The notes under the pieces: generated by a model
Databases searched by the model: none
What the model saw: only the letters and a program-made list of their open reading frames with translations
What the model was told of the DNA's origin: nothing
Assembly: GCA_038821645.1 (NCBI GenBank)
Contig: JAWBDT010000005.1
Coordinates: 1-64,000, forward strand
Source: Ignisphaera sp.
GTDB lineage: Archaea > Thermoproteota > Thermoprotei_A > Sulfolobales > Ignisphaeraceae
Direction: 5' to 3'
DNA length: 64,000 nucleotides
Program-made: the position numbers and the translations under genes
In this document: positions 28,472 through 37,239 of the stretch, one piece after another
How the letters are laid out: each line of letters begins with the position of its first letter
Numbering within the stretch: the stretch's first letter is position 1

Positions 28472-29620
28472 TTACTCCAATAGCTCTGTCTTAACCTTAG
28501 GTCCCTTAACTTGATATAACTTAGCTTCTGTAAATCTATCCTGTAGCTTCTGTAGTACTTGTGGTAATGTGGTATACTCCATTTCCTCAGGTCCAAGTCT
28601 ATGTGGCATAAATGGTCCATGCCTTCTCATGTATTCTGCTATCGTTTGAGCTAATCTTCTAGTCTCATCAAATGCAGGATCATCAAAGAGATCTGCTGGT
28701 CCTATAAGTCTTCCATTCTTTATCTGGAATCCTAATGCTACAACTCTTGGTGGACCATCAAATCTCGTACATCTAGCGTTACGTTGACCTACTGGCATTA
28801 ATGGTCCAAAGTGGCTTCCTCTCATCCAACCTGCTACAAGATGTGGAAATGCGAAAGCCTCTATAACTTCTCCAACTGCTGGAAAACCTGATTGAGCTCT
28901 AACAATAGCTACAGGATCATCTTTACCTACATACTGGCCCGCTATGAGATTTAGTCTCTCTACAGCAACAACTGCAGCAATTTCATTATCACTCTTCCTA
29001 AATATCCTTCTTATAACAAATCTTCCTGGTGTACCTATAAGAGCTAAAAGATCGTACATCTCTTCAGGAGAATTAAGAACAACATATTTACCAGCTATAA
29101 CGTCGTATACCTCGAACTTAAATCCATCATGAATCTTTGGATCTATGACTAGCCCTGCTGTATTGAAGGGATCTGCAAACACTCTGAAGAGTGGAAGATT
29201 AAAGGCGCCGGGCTCAGTTTTATCAGCCATAAAGACTATTACTGGTTCTGAAGGTCTTTCCACAAACTCCATCTCAGCTGCCGATGGACCTAGACCTCTA
29301 ACATTTCCAGAAAATGCTTCTGTAAGTAAATCTTGTCCTGCAGCATAGAGTCCTAGTTCTTTAGCAACTTTAGCTGCTTCTTTGAATGCATTCCAAGCTG
29401 TTTCATGAACTTCAGAAGCATCAACACCTTTTCTATGAGTCATTATTAGCTCTAGATCATCTCCTACATGCGTTATATAGTAGTCTATCAATATACCCTT
29501 GCTTTTTGCTTCAGCAAGAACTTTAGCAGCTGCAGCCATGGTGTCTGGATGAACCATGTGGTGTCCTGCTAATGAACCTATATCAGCCTTAATAACCGAA
29601 ATGGTTGTTTTTTCACCCAT
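28472..29620 (-). CDS. fbp: Fructose-1,6-bisphosphate aldolase/phosphatase
   Basis: 'IKADIGSLAGH', 'GDD', 'LYAAGQDLL', 'DKTEPGAFN', 'YVGKDDP', 'GWMRGSH'. Confidence 0.97.
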   Translation of the reverse strand: MGEKTTISVIKADIGSLAGHHMVHPDTMAAAAKVLAEAKSKGILIDYYITHVGDDLELIMTHRKGVDASEVHETAWNAFKEAAKVAKELGLYAAGQDLLTEAFSGNVRGLGPSAAEMEFVERPSEPVIVFMADKTEPGAFNLPLFRVFADPFNTAGLVIDPKIHDGFKFEVYDVIAGKYVVLNSPEEMYDLLALIGTPGRFVIRRIFRKSDNEIAAVVAVERLNLIAGQYVGKDDPVAIVRAQSGFPAVGEVIEAFAFPHLVAGWMRGSHFGPLMPVGQRNARCTRFDGPPRVVALGFQIKNGRLIGPADLFDDPAFDETRRLAQTIAEYMRRHGPFMPHRLGPEEMEYTTLPQVLQKLQDRFTEAKLYQVKGPKVKTELLE

Positions 29621-29729
29621 TTAATTTACACCAAATTCCATACATGTACTATTAAAAATAAATTTTACTAATATATTGAGTTTAACAGTATATAAAGTAT
29701 ACACCCTATAGGAACCAATTTCTGTTGAT

Positions 29730-31538
29730 TTAATCTAAGTAAAAGTATTGTCCTATAGATTTCTGGTATCTATCTAGATAACTATTGGGCTTATTTATTC
29801 TAGGTCTACCTGATTGAGGATCTCTCCTCATCGTTATATTGAGTTCTTTCAAGAAATTATTGAATGTTTTAGCAACAGCATCTGGAGCATTTCCATATCC
29901 CTTTGAGCCGGGGATCCCTGAAAAGAACATAAGCCTATCTACGGCATAGTCTATGAGCAATACATTGTGGTCAACAACAAATATTGATGCCTTTCTTATT
30001 CTTGCTACACGCCTTATTACTCTCGATACTGATAACTGATCTTCTACATCTATATGAGATGAGGGTTCATCTAGAAGATATATATCGGCTTCTTGTATTA
30101 GTGTACGAGCTATATGAAATTTCTGTAATTCACCTCCACTTAAAGTGGATACATCTTTAGACATTAGTCTATCAAGGTTAAGCCGCTTAATTATTTCACT
30201 ATTCATCCAATTACCTTCAGCTAGAGCCTCCTTGTTTGCATTCTTTAAGCATTCTTCAACAGTCATACAACCTTCTATCTCTCTTGGGAGATATTGAGGT
30301 TTATAACTTAACTTAAATGCTACAGTTGTTGTGTAACCATCATCAGGCTTGATTTCGCCTGCAAGAATTTTTATGAATGTTGTCTTACCTATGCTGTTAG
30401 GACCTACAATCCCTATAACTTCACCTCTATGCACCTCTCCGGGCTCTACATAAAGCTCGAAACTGTTTAATCTCTTCCTAATTGTTCCCCAAGAACATAA
30501 TACCTCGCTATATTCTACCTCTCTCTCATTCCTAGATTCATGTAATCTAAATGTTATACTCTCAGATCTTATCTTCATATTTTCAGAAGGTAAGAAACCT
30601 TTTAAATAGTAGTCTATACCAGCATTAGTTGGGTACAGATTTGAAAATATACCATAAGTACCTGGTACACCATATGTTATAACAACATTATCAGCTACAT
30701 AGTCTAGGAATGTTAAATCATGATCTACGATAAACACGTATCTATTGCGTGCTACAAGTTCATCTAATGCTTTAGCAAGTACTACTCTTTCTTTTATATC
30801 TAAATAGCTAGTAGGTTCATCAAATAGATACACATCTCCTTCTTTCATTAATGCAACAGCTATAGCAAGTTTCTGTAGTTCTCCTCCACTTAAGATGCTA
30901 ATATCCTTGTCAATAATGTTTTCCATATTTAATACTGATATAACGTCCCTAAATAATCCACGTTCATCAACCTTTGCTAGAATTGATTTTACACTACCCT
31001 TTTTAACGTATTTAGGTATATACTCTATATACTGAATCTTATGAACTATCTTTAGATTTTGAGCATAAAGGTTAGCAAAGTATTCATAGAATTGTGTACC
31101 CTTAAACTTATCAAGCACATAGTCTGTCTTTACCTCACCTTCATATTTACCAAAGTTCGGGATAATGTTACCAGACAATATCCTTAAAGCTGTTGTTTTA
31201 CCTGCACCATTAGGTCCTATGATTGCTACAAACTTTCCTTTTACGGGGATAGGTAGCCCATATAATTTAAATGCATTGGGTCCGTATCTATGGATAAGCT
31301 TTTCCTCTATTTCTTCTGGAAGATTCACTATCCTTATTGCAGCAAAAGGACATTTTTTGATACATATACCACAAGCAATACATTTATCCTCGTATATGAG
31401 TGGCTTTCCATTTTTATTCTCACTAAGCTCTATTGCTTTATAAGGTCTTGTTCTATTTATTGGACAAAACCTAATACACGGTATACCACATTTTTGTGGA
31501 TTACAAAGATCATAATCTATTGAGGCAACTCTAACCAT
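29730..31538 (-). CDS. Ribosome recycling ATPase ABCE1 (Rli1)
   Basis: N-terminal two-[4Fe-4S] Cys motifs; two ABC domains with LSGGELQ; 'RPRINKPNS'. Confidence 0.97.
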   Translation of the reverse strand: MVRVASIDYDLCNPQKCGIPCIRFCPINRTRPYKAIELSENKNGKPLIYEDKCIACGICIKKCPFAAIRIVNLPEEIEEKLIHRYGPNAFKLYGLPIPVKGKFVAIIGPNGAGKTTALRILSGNIIPNFGKYEGEVKTDYVLDKFKGTQFYEYFANLYAQNLKIVHKIQYIEYIPKYVKKGSVKSILAKVDERGLFRDVISVLNMENIIDKDISILSGGELQKLAIAVALMKEGDVYLFDEPTSYLDIKERVVLAKALDELVARNRYVFIVDHDLTFLDYVADNVVITYGVPGTYGIFSNLYPTNAGIDYYLKGFLPSENMKIRSESITFRLHESRNEREVEYSEVLCSWGTIRKRLNSFELYVEPGEVHRGEVIGIVGPNSIGKTTFIKILAGEIKPDDGYTTTVAFKLSYKPQYLPREIEGCMTVEECLKNANKEALAEGNWMNSEIIKRLNLDRLMSKDVSTLSGGELQKFHIARTLIQEADIYLLDEPSSHIDVEDQLSVSRVIRRVARIRKASIFVVDHNVLLIDYAVDRLMFFSGIPGSKGYGNAPDAVAKTFNNFLKELNITMRRDPQSGRPRINKPNSYLDRYQKSIGQYFYLD

Positions 31539-31583
31539 TAATTATTGACCTCTCTAGAAATCTAACTTGGTAGTTAAAGTAGC

Positions 31584-31590
31584 AAAAAAA
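31584..31590 (-). terminator. Oligo-T terminator after the Glu/Trp micro-ORF
   Basis: T7 run on the minus strand about 25 nt after the stop at 31616. Confidence 0.45.
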
Positions 31591-31615
31591 TGCTTTAGTC
31601 ATATACCCGAGGCTA

Positions 31616-31690
31616 TCACCATTCTTCTTCTTCCCACTCTTCCTCTTCTTCCCACCATTCTTCTTCTTCCCACTCTTCCTCAAACATCAT
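31616..31690 (-). CDS. 24-aa Glu/Trp micro-protein (MMFEEEWEEEEWWEEEEEWEEEEW)
   Basis: ATG at 31690 with SD-like GGTG upstream, TTTAAA box near 31726-31731, downstream T7; GAA and GAG alternate in frame. Confidence 0.65.
   Translation of the reverse strand: MMFEEEWEEEEWWEEEEEWEEEEW
31617..31681. repeat. Direct repeat, 29 bp x2, period 36
   Basis: CACCATTCTTCTTCTTCCCACTCTTCCTC at 31617-31645 and 31653-31681. Confidence 0.9.
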
Positions 31691-31796
31691 TTATCTACAC
31701 CAGCATTAGCTTCACAAAACTGGGATTTAAAAATATTTTCTGTAGATAATTTATTAATGTGCTTAAATATATCACAAAGAACATGTATCTGTAACT

Positions 31797-32315
31797 CTAA
31801 TCTTTAATTAATAGATTGCTACATCCAATAATTCCTAAGACTATCTTGCCATATTCAATACTATCAAATATTCGAATTCTGTCTTCACCAATCTTTGTCT
31901 TTAAGTAATCGACGTAAAATTGATTTAGATACGAATCATGAGTCTCATACACGAAACTGCATTTAGTATTCTCTAAAACATTTCTCAATACTTTTGAAGT
32001 ACATTCATTAATTGAATAAACAAGTAGAAGTTTATGTCTATCTGAAAATCTTGAAAGATACTTATTTAGTACTGTATGTATTTGTCTTTCTGCAAAAAAC
32101 CTTATGTAGAATTCTAGCTCTGGCTTTCTTGCTACATTCTTCTTAGTTTCCACAGCTTTAACAGTATTAAAGAAAGCTAACACGATATTCTGCCATGGTG
32201 CCTTGAGCCCTTGGAGCAACATACACAATCTTACTCCACTACATAATTCATTAACTTTTGTACAAATTTCTTCATATTGATCTGACTCACATTGAATAAA
32301 TGCTAACAGTATCAA
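31797..32315 (-). CDS. cgi121: KEOPS complex subunit Cgi121-like
   Basis: 'KNVARKPELEFYIRFFAERQI' matches the Cgi121 motif; crenarchaeal S17e-Ubl-Cgi121 gene order. Confidence 0.75.
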   Translation of the reverse strand: MILLAFIQCESDQYEEICTKVNELCSGVRLCMLLQGLKAPWQNIVLAFFNTVKAVETKKNVARKPELEFYIRFFAERQIHTVLNKYLSRFSDRHKLLLVYSINECTSKVLRNVLENTKCSFVYETHDSYLNQFYVDYLKTKIGEDRIRIFDSIEYGKIVLGIIGCSNLLIKD

Positions 32316-32593
32316 ATAGATCCTCCATGGGCTATAGGTACAATTGTTACAATGTCCTCATTCTTTACTACAATATTGCTTATTCCACCATAAACGTTAA
32401 TGTCAATATCGTTAACTAATATCAAGTATTCATTTTGAAAATCACTATCATCAAATATTTTTTTGAGTTCAGATACAGCATCAACAAGTCTAGCGAAAAA
32501 AATGTGTAGAGGTTCCTCGCCAGGAATCTCTACATCTATTTCAGATAAACCTAATCTTGATCTTAAATGACCTAGAAATCTTACCTTGACTAT
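32312..32593 (-). CDS. Ubiquitin-like Urm1/SAMP (MoaD/ThiS fold), 93 aa, apparent ATA start, C-terminus HGG-SI
   Basis: Translated by hand: (M)VKVRFLGHLRSRLG...YLILVNDIDI...KNEDIVTIVPIAHGGSI; SD GGGTGA 5 nt before ATA; in-frame TAG immediately upstream. Confidence 0.88.
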   Translation of the reverse strand: MVKVRFLGHLRSRLGLSEIDVEIPGEEPLHIFFARLVDAVSELKKIFDDSDFQNEYLILVNDIDINVYGGISNIVVKNEDIVTIVPIAHGGSI

Positions 32594-32615
32594 CTATGTC
32601 ACCCTTTGTTCCTAA

Positions 32616-32819
32616 TCACGACTCTGATTGTCTTTCTCTTAATTTCACCAGATGCGTAATGTATCCTGCAATCTGATTACGTAACTTCTTGGATTTTGTA
32701 CTAACTAATTTAGAAACTAACTCTTTATTGTATTGAAATTCCGGCTTAAACATATCTGGATATAATGTTAATAACTTTCGTGCAGTTCTTTTCACTATAC
32801 CTATTCTAACTTTTCCCAT
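32616..32819 (-). CDS. rps17e: 30S ribosomal protein S17e
   Basis: 'MGKVRIGIVKRTA', 'SKKLRNQIAGYIT'; start moved to ATG 32819 after SD GGTGA. Confidence 0.96.
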   Translation of the reverse strand: MGKVRIGIVKRTARKLLTLYPDMFKPEFQYNKELVSKLVSTKSKKLRNQIAGYITHLVKLRERQSES

Positions 32820-32985
32820 GATATCACCACATTCACTAGTTGTTACATTACCTATCAATATACACAGACATACTCTATAGACCTAAATTAGCTCTAAGCT
32901 TTAAAGGTTTCATGGAAATGGACATGCTATTTTCATTAAAATTTATATAGAACCTCTGTAGATGAACGTTATTCGGTGTAGGTAT

Positions 32986-34650
32986 ATGGCTCAACAAGCT
33001 CTACCGCCCTATGAACCCACAGGCATACCTGTAATAATACTAAAGGAGGGATCTAGTAGAACCACGGGACGCGATGCATTAAGAGCTAACATGATGGCAG
33101 CTATAACTGTGGCTGAAATGATAAAAACGACATATGGACCTAGAGGAATGGATAAAATGCTTGTTGATGCATTAGGAGATGTGACAATAACAAATGATGG
33201 TGCTACTATATTAGACAAAATGGATGTACAACACCCAGCGGCAAAAATGCTAGTTCAGATAGCTAAGGGACAAGATGAAGAAGCTGGTGATGGTACTAAG
33301 ACTGCTGTAATAATTGCAGGTGAATTACTGAAACGTGCTGAAGAACTTCTAGACAAAGGTTTACATCCTACAGTTATAGTTAGTGGATATAAGAAGGCTT
33401 TAGATTATGCATTAACAATAGCTCACAACATAGCTGAAGATGTTGATGTAGAAAGTTCTTCAGCTGATGAAATACTAAAGAATGTTGCTATTTCATCCTT
33501 AACTAGCAAAGCTGTACATGGTGCACGAGAGTACATTGCAGACCTAGTTGTTAAAGCTGTTAGACAAATAGCTGAAAAGAGAGGTGAGAGATGGTACGTC
33601 GATATAGATAATGTTCAAATAATAAAGAAGAAAGGTGGAGGTCTACTAGACTCACAATTAGTATACGGTGTTGTTCTAGATAAGGAGGTTGTTCATCCAG
33701 CTATGCCTAGAAGGGTAGAAAAAGCGAGAATAGCTTTACTCGATACTCCTCTAGAAATAGAAAAACCAGAAATTGATGCAGAAATAAGAATAAGCGATCC
33801 TACACAAATACGTAGATTCCTAGAAGAAAAAGAAAACATCCTCAATAGCTATGTCGAGAAGATTGCTTCTGTTGGTGCTAATGTTGTTATTTGTCAGAAA
33901 GGTATTGATGATGTTGCTCAACACTATCTAGCTAAGAAAGGTATTATGGCTGTTAGAAGAGTCAAGAGAAGCGATATGGAGAAACTAGAAAGAGCTTCGG
34001 GAGGTAGAATAGTCAGTAATATTGAAGATCTAACAGAAAAAGATCTAGGTGAATGTGAATTAGTTGAAGAAAGAAAGGTTGGCGAAGATAAAATGGTATT
34101 CATAGAGAATTGTAAGAATCCTAAATCAGTATCAATAGTTCTTAGAGCAGGACTAGAAAGACTTGTTGATGAAGCAGAAAGATACGCTAAAGATGCCTTG
34201 AGTGCTGTTGCAGACATCTTTAGACTACCTAAAATAGTGTATGGAGCTGGAGCCTTTGAAATTGAGCTTGCTAAATATATAAGAGATTACGCTAATAAGG
34301 TTGGAGGTAAGGAGGGTCTAGCTGTAGAAGCATTTGCAAGAGCTATAGAAGGTATTGTTGAGACTTTAGCTACAAATGCTGGACTGGATCCTGTTGAAAT
34401 AATTATGAAGCTTAGAGCAGAACACATGAAGTCTGAAGGTAAATACATAGGATTCAATGTATTTACTGGCGAACTAATAGATGCGAAGAAACTAGGTATA
34501 ATAGATCCTCTCCTAGTTAAACTATCTGCACTAAAAGCAGGTACAGAAGCCGCTACTCTAATCCTCAGAATAGATGATGTAATAGCAGCATCTAGGAGGA
34601 AAGAGGAAGAAAAGAAGAAAGAAGAAAAGAAGGAAGAGGAAGAAAAGTAA
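32986..34650 (+). CDS. Thermosome (group II chaperonin) subunit
   Basis: 'GPRGMDKML', 'ITNDGATIL', 'GDGTKT', 'ILRIDDVI'; charged C-terminal tail; start probably ATG 32986. Confidence 0.97.
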   Translation: MAQQALPPYEPTGIPVIILKEGSSRTTGRDALRANMMAAITVAEMIKTTYGPRGMDKMLVDALGDVTITNDGATILDKMDVQHPAAKMLVQIAKGQDEEAGDGTKTAVIIAGELLKRAEELLDKGLHPTVIVSGYKKALDYALTIAHNIAEDVDVESSSADEILKNVAISSLTSKAVHGAREYIADLVVKAVRQIAEKRGERWYVDIDNVQIIKKKGGGLLDSQLVYGVVLDKEVVHPAMPRRVEKARIALLDTPLEIEKPEIDAEIRISDPTQIRRFLEEKENILNSYVEKIASVGANVVICQKGIDDVAQHYLAKKGIMAVRRVKRSDMEKLERASGGRIVSNIEDLTEKDLGECELVEERKVGEDKMVFIENCKNPKSVSIVLRAGLERLVDEAERYAKDALSAVADIFRLPKIVYGAGAFEIELAKYIRDYANKVGGKEGLAVEAFARAIEGIVETLATNAGLDPVEIIMKLRAEHMKSEGKYIGFNVFTGELIDAKKLGIIDPLLVKLSALKAGTEAATLILRIDDVIAASRRKEEEKKKEEKKEEEEK

Positions 34651-34654
34651 ACAC

Positions 34655-36271
34655 TTATACTCTAGCTATTTTAACAAGTATAGGTTCAGCTAACTCTGGT
34701 AAAACAACTAATGCCTCACCAGGTTTTAGTGCAGAAATCATTTTTTTATGTTCTTTTCTAAATGGTATAGCAGATACAACTGTCTTTATATCATTGGAAG
34801 ACTTTAGTGAATGTATTATCTTTGTATTGGTATTTTTAAGTACCACAGATGATAGCATTGAAGGAGCTTGAGTAATTACAACAAAACCTATATTCCATTT
34901 TCTTACTTCGGCAATCAAGTTAGACACGGGATTCCCTGAATATAGTACATTATGAGCTTCGTCAACTATTATCAATACTGGCTTCACTATGTTGTTATAC
35001 TGAGCTTTAATTACTATGGATCTAATCAATAGAGATGATAAAACTCGCTTCACCCTGGTGTTCGGTATATACGATATATCGAATACATATATCTTTTCTT
35101 TATCGATAACTACTTTTTTAAGCTTGTTCCAATATATCTTCAGATAATCACTTGAAAGCGGCTTCAATTTCCTCAATAATGCTTCTCTCGATTCTGTAAA
35201 CCATCGTGCAGATGCAGAACTGTTCTGCACAATATCTATTATCTCATCTATACAGTAGCTACTGCTAGTAGTACGTCGAGAAACAATGTTTATAGCATCT
35301 TCTAATATATGGGCTTGAGGAGGCGTTAATTCTAATGCACTTTCCAGAATCTCTAAAAATGATAGAGGTTCTTTCTTTATCAACTCTTCAAAACTTAGTG
35401 GTTCTAAAATTGTTCCATTCAATGGATTTGTATAAACCATACTGTTTTTTAGTTGTATAAGCTCTTTGTATTCTCCATGCCAATCAAGCACTACTACGGC
35501 ATAGCCATTTTCAGCAGATTTTTCCGCTATTATCGATGCTGTTGTTGATTTACCACTACCGGTAGAGCCAACGATAGCTATGTGTCTAAATATATGATCA
35601 TTATTAAGCGTAACAATAATCTTTGGATTAGAATACAAATAACCTAATGATATTGTTCCGTGACTGAATATAGATGATAAATACTCGTATTCTTCAACAG
35701 TATTAATATTGTAAGAAGGATTCACAGATAGAGCATGTAGATGTACTGGTGTTTCTTCTTTTTCTCCTCTTTTTAGGATCTTAATTAAGTAATCAATTGG
35801 ACTCTGTAGACCAAGACATTCGTTAAGCAATGCTAAAGGATCACTCTTAACTAAGCATTTTATTTCACCTTGTCCAAGGGTTTCTACTAATGCACAAATA
35901 GTATCTAGTTCTTTGAGTACCTCATCATTTGAGTTACACATTACAATAAGATTCGACTTGACACTATATGGATTAATGCACGTCACAAATACATACTTTC
36001 TATTACTTGAGCTCCTATGATTCAAAACAGCAATAATATCTGAAACTCTACTGAGATACTGACCATCTCTAGCTTCATCACCATTAGTAAGTACAAGCTC
36101 TAGTGTACCTATGAATAGATTTTTTCCATAAGGCTCAATATGTAGTTGAGCTAAACTATCAACTTTCTCAAGAAATATACTAACGTTTTTCCTCTTAATT
36201 ATACCGACCCCAATATATGGAGATCTATTAAAGTGGTTTAAATAAAAATATAAACAGTACTTATTGTTCAT
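34655..36271 (-). CDS. HerA/VirB4/VirD4-like (DUF87) ATPase, candidate CedD-type DNA-import ATPase
   Basis: 'RHIAIVGSTGSGKS', 'LDWHGEY', 'IIVDEAH', 'EVRKWNIG...TQAPS'; adjacent to the thermosome gene. Confidence 0.8.
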   Translation of the reverse strand: MNNKYCLYFYLNHFNRSPYIGVGIIKRKNVSIFLEKVDSLAQLHIEPYGKNLFIGTLELVLTNGDEARDGQYLSRVSDIIAVLNHRSSSNRKYVFVTCINPYSVKSNLIVMCNSNDEVLKELDTICALVETLGQGEIKCLVKSDPLALLNECLGLQSPIDYLIKILKRGEKEETPVHLHALSVNPSYNINTVEEYEYLSSIFSHGTISLGYLYSNPKIIVTLNNDHIFRHIAIVGSTGSGKSTTASIIAEKSAENGYAVVVLDWHGEYKELIQLKNSMVYTNPLNGTILEPLSFEELIKKEPLSFLEILESALELTPPQAHILEDAINIVSRRTTSSSYCIDEIIDIVQNSSASARWFTESREALLRKLKPLSSDYLKIYWNKLKKVVIDKEKIYVFDISYIPNTRVKRVLSSLLIRSIVIKAQYNNIVKPVLIIVDEAHNVLYSGNPVSNLIAEVRKWNIGFVVITQAPSMLSSVVLKNTNTKIIHSLKSSNDIKTVVSAIPFRKEHKKMISALKPGEALVVLPELAEPILVKIARV

Positions 36272-36296
36272 AAACTGTAGAATAGCTTAGAAGGTA

Positions 36297-36653
36297 ATGA
36301 ATATGGAGTTCAGCTGTAAGGTAGTAGATGTTGCAGATTCGTATTTACCAAACGTCAATATACTGAATATTGATTGTGGTATAGCGATAATAAAAATGGA
36401 TATACATAGAGAACTTAACCTTGCTAGAAAAGGAGATTTAATTAACATAGGTATATACAAATCATTACCACCATATGTTGCGGGTAAGGATTTTTTAGCC
36501 CATGGTTACGTTATAACCAAGAAGAAAGATAACAACTATACAAACATTTACATAAGTTTATGGGGATATTTAGTAGTCATTAAAACTAACGAAATTAGAT
36601 TAAATGAGTATCTAAATACTATGGATAAAGTATACATAAAACTGTGGAAATAG
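36297..36653 (+). CDS. rpo8: DNA-directed RNA polymerase subunit Rpo8 (G)
   Basis: OB-fold pattern 'CKVVDV..S.LP', 'DFLAHGYVI', 'ISLWGYLV'; next to the Lsm and tgt genes. Confidence 0.8.
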   Translation: MNMEFSCKVVDVADSYLPNVNILNIDCGIAIIKMDIHRELNLARKGDLINIGIYKSLPPYVAGKDFLAHGYVITKKKDNNYTNIYISLWGYLVVIKTNEIRLNEYLNTMDKVYIKLWK

Positions 36654-36759
36654 TTATCTACAAAATAATGATAAGATACAAAGAGAGTAACATGCTCTAG
36701 TTTGGGAAATGTAGCAATATTTACAGCATATCATACGGATTAATAATACTTATTATATC

Positions 36760-37239
36760 TTGTTTAGAAGTAGATATCGTAACTTAGGTGAACTCACTAT
36801 GAGTTATGTCACGCGAAGCATCTCTGGTGAACTTTCACGTTTAATGGATAAAAAAGTTATAGTAAGACTGGTAGACGGAAAAGTCTATGTAGGTAAAATG
36901 CTATCCTTTGATCCTAACACGCTTCATATAGTATTAGGTGATGCAGAAAGTAATGATGGAAAGAAGTTTTACCGCATAATTATTAGTGGAACAAGAGTTT
37001 CTGAGATTCTTATAGAAGAGCAGCCACTTTTTGATGCTGAAGAATTTGCCACGATTCTAACATCAAAATTGGGCCTCAGACCTGATGTAATTAAGGTTCT
37101 ACATGATGTTAATGTAGTAGTAGTGTACGACAGAATAAAGGTTAGTGAATCTGGTGTTGAAGGTGCTGGAAGTTTTGCCCAGAGAATATACGAAGTATAT
37201 ACAGAATATATAGAGAATAAAAAGAGAGGTGCAAAATAG
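36760..37239 (+). CDS. Sm-like protein with C-terminal domain (SmAP3 type); start probably ATG 36799
   Basis: Sm1/Sm2 motifs 'DKKVIVRLVDGKVYVGKMLSFD', 'IIISG..VSEI' plus Lsm_C region 'FDAEEFA...IKVSESGVEG'. Confidence 0.88.
   Translation: MFRSRYRNLGELTMSYVTRSISGELSRLMDKKVIVRLVDGKVYVGKMLSFDPNTLHIVLGDAESNDGKKFYRIIISGTRVSEILIEEQPLFDAEEFATILTSKLGLRPDVIKVLHDVNVVVVYDRIKVSESGVEGAGSFAQRIYEVYTEYIENKKRGAK

Noticed and set aside
31567-31749. Plus-strand 60-aa ORF with LLLPTLP repeats; also considered as a mini-CRISPR
   Set aside because: Antisense shadow of the Glu/Trp ORF; only two repeats with a 7-bp spacer and no cas genes
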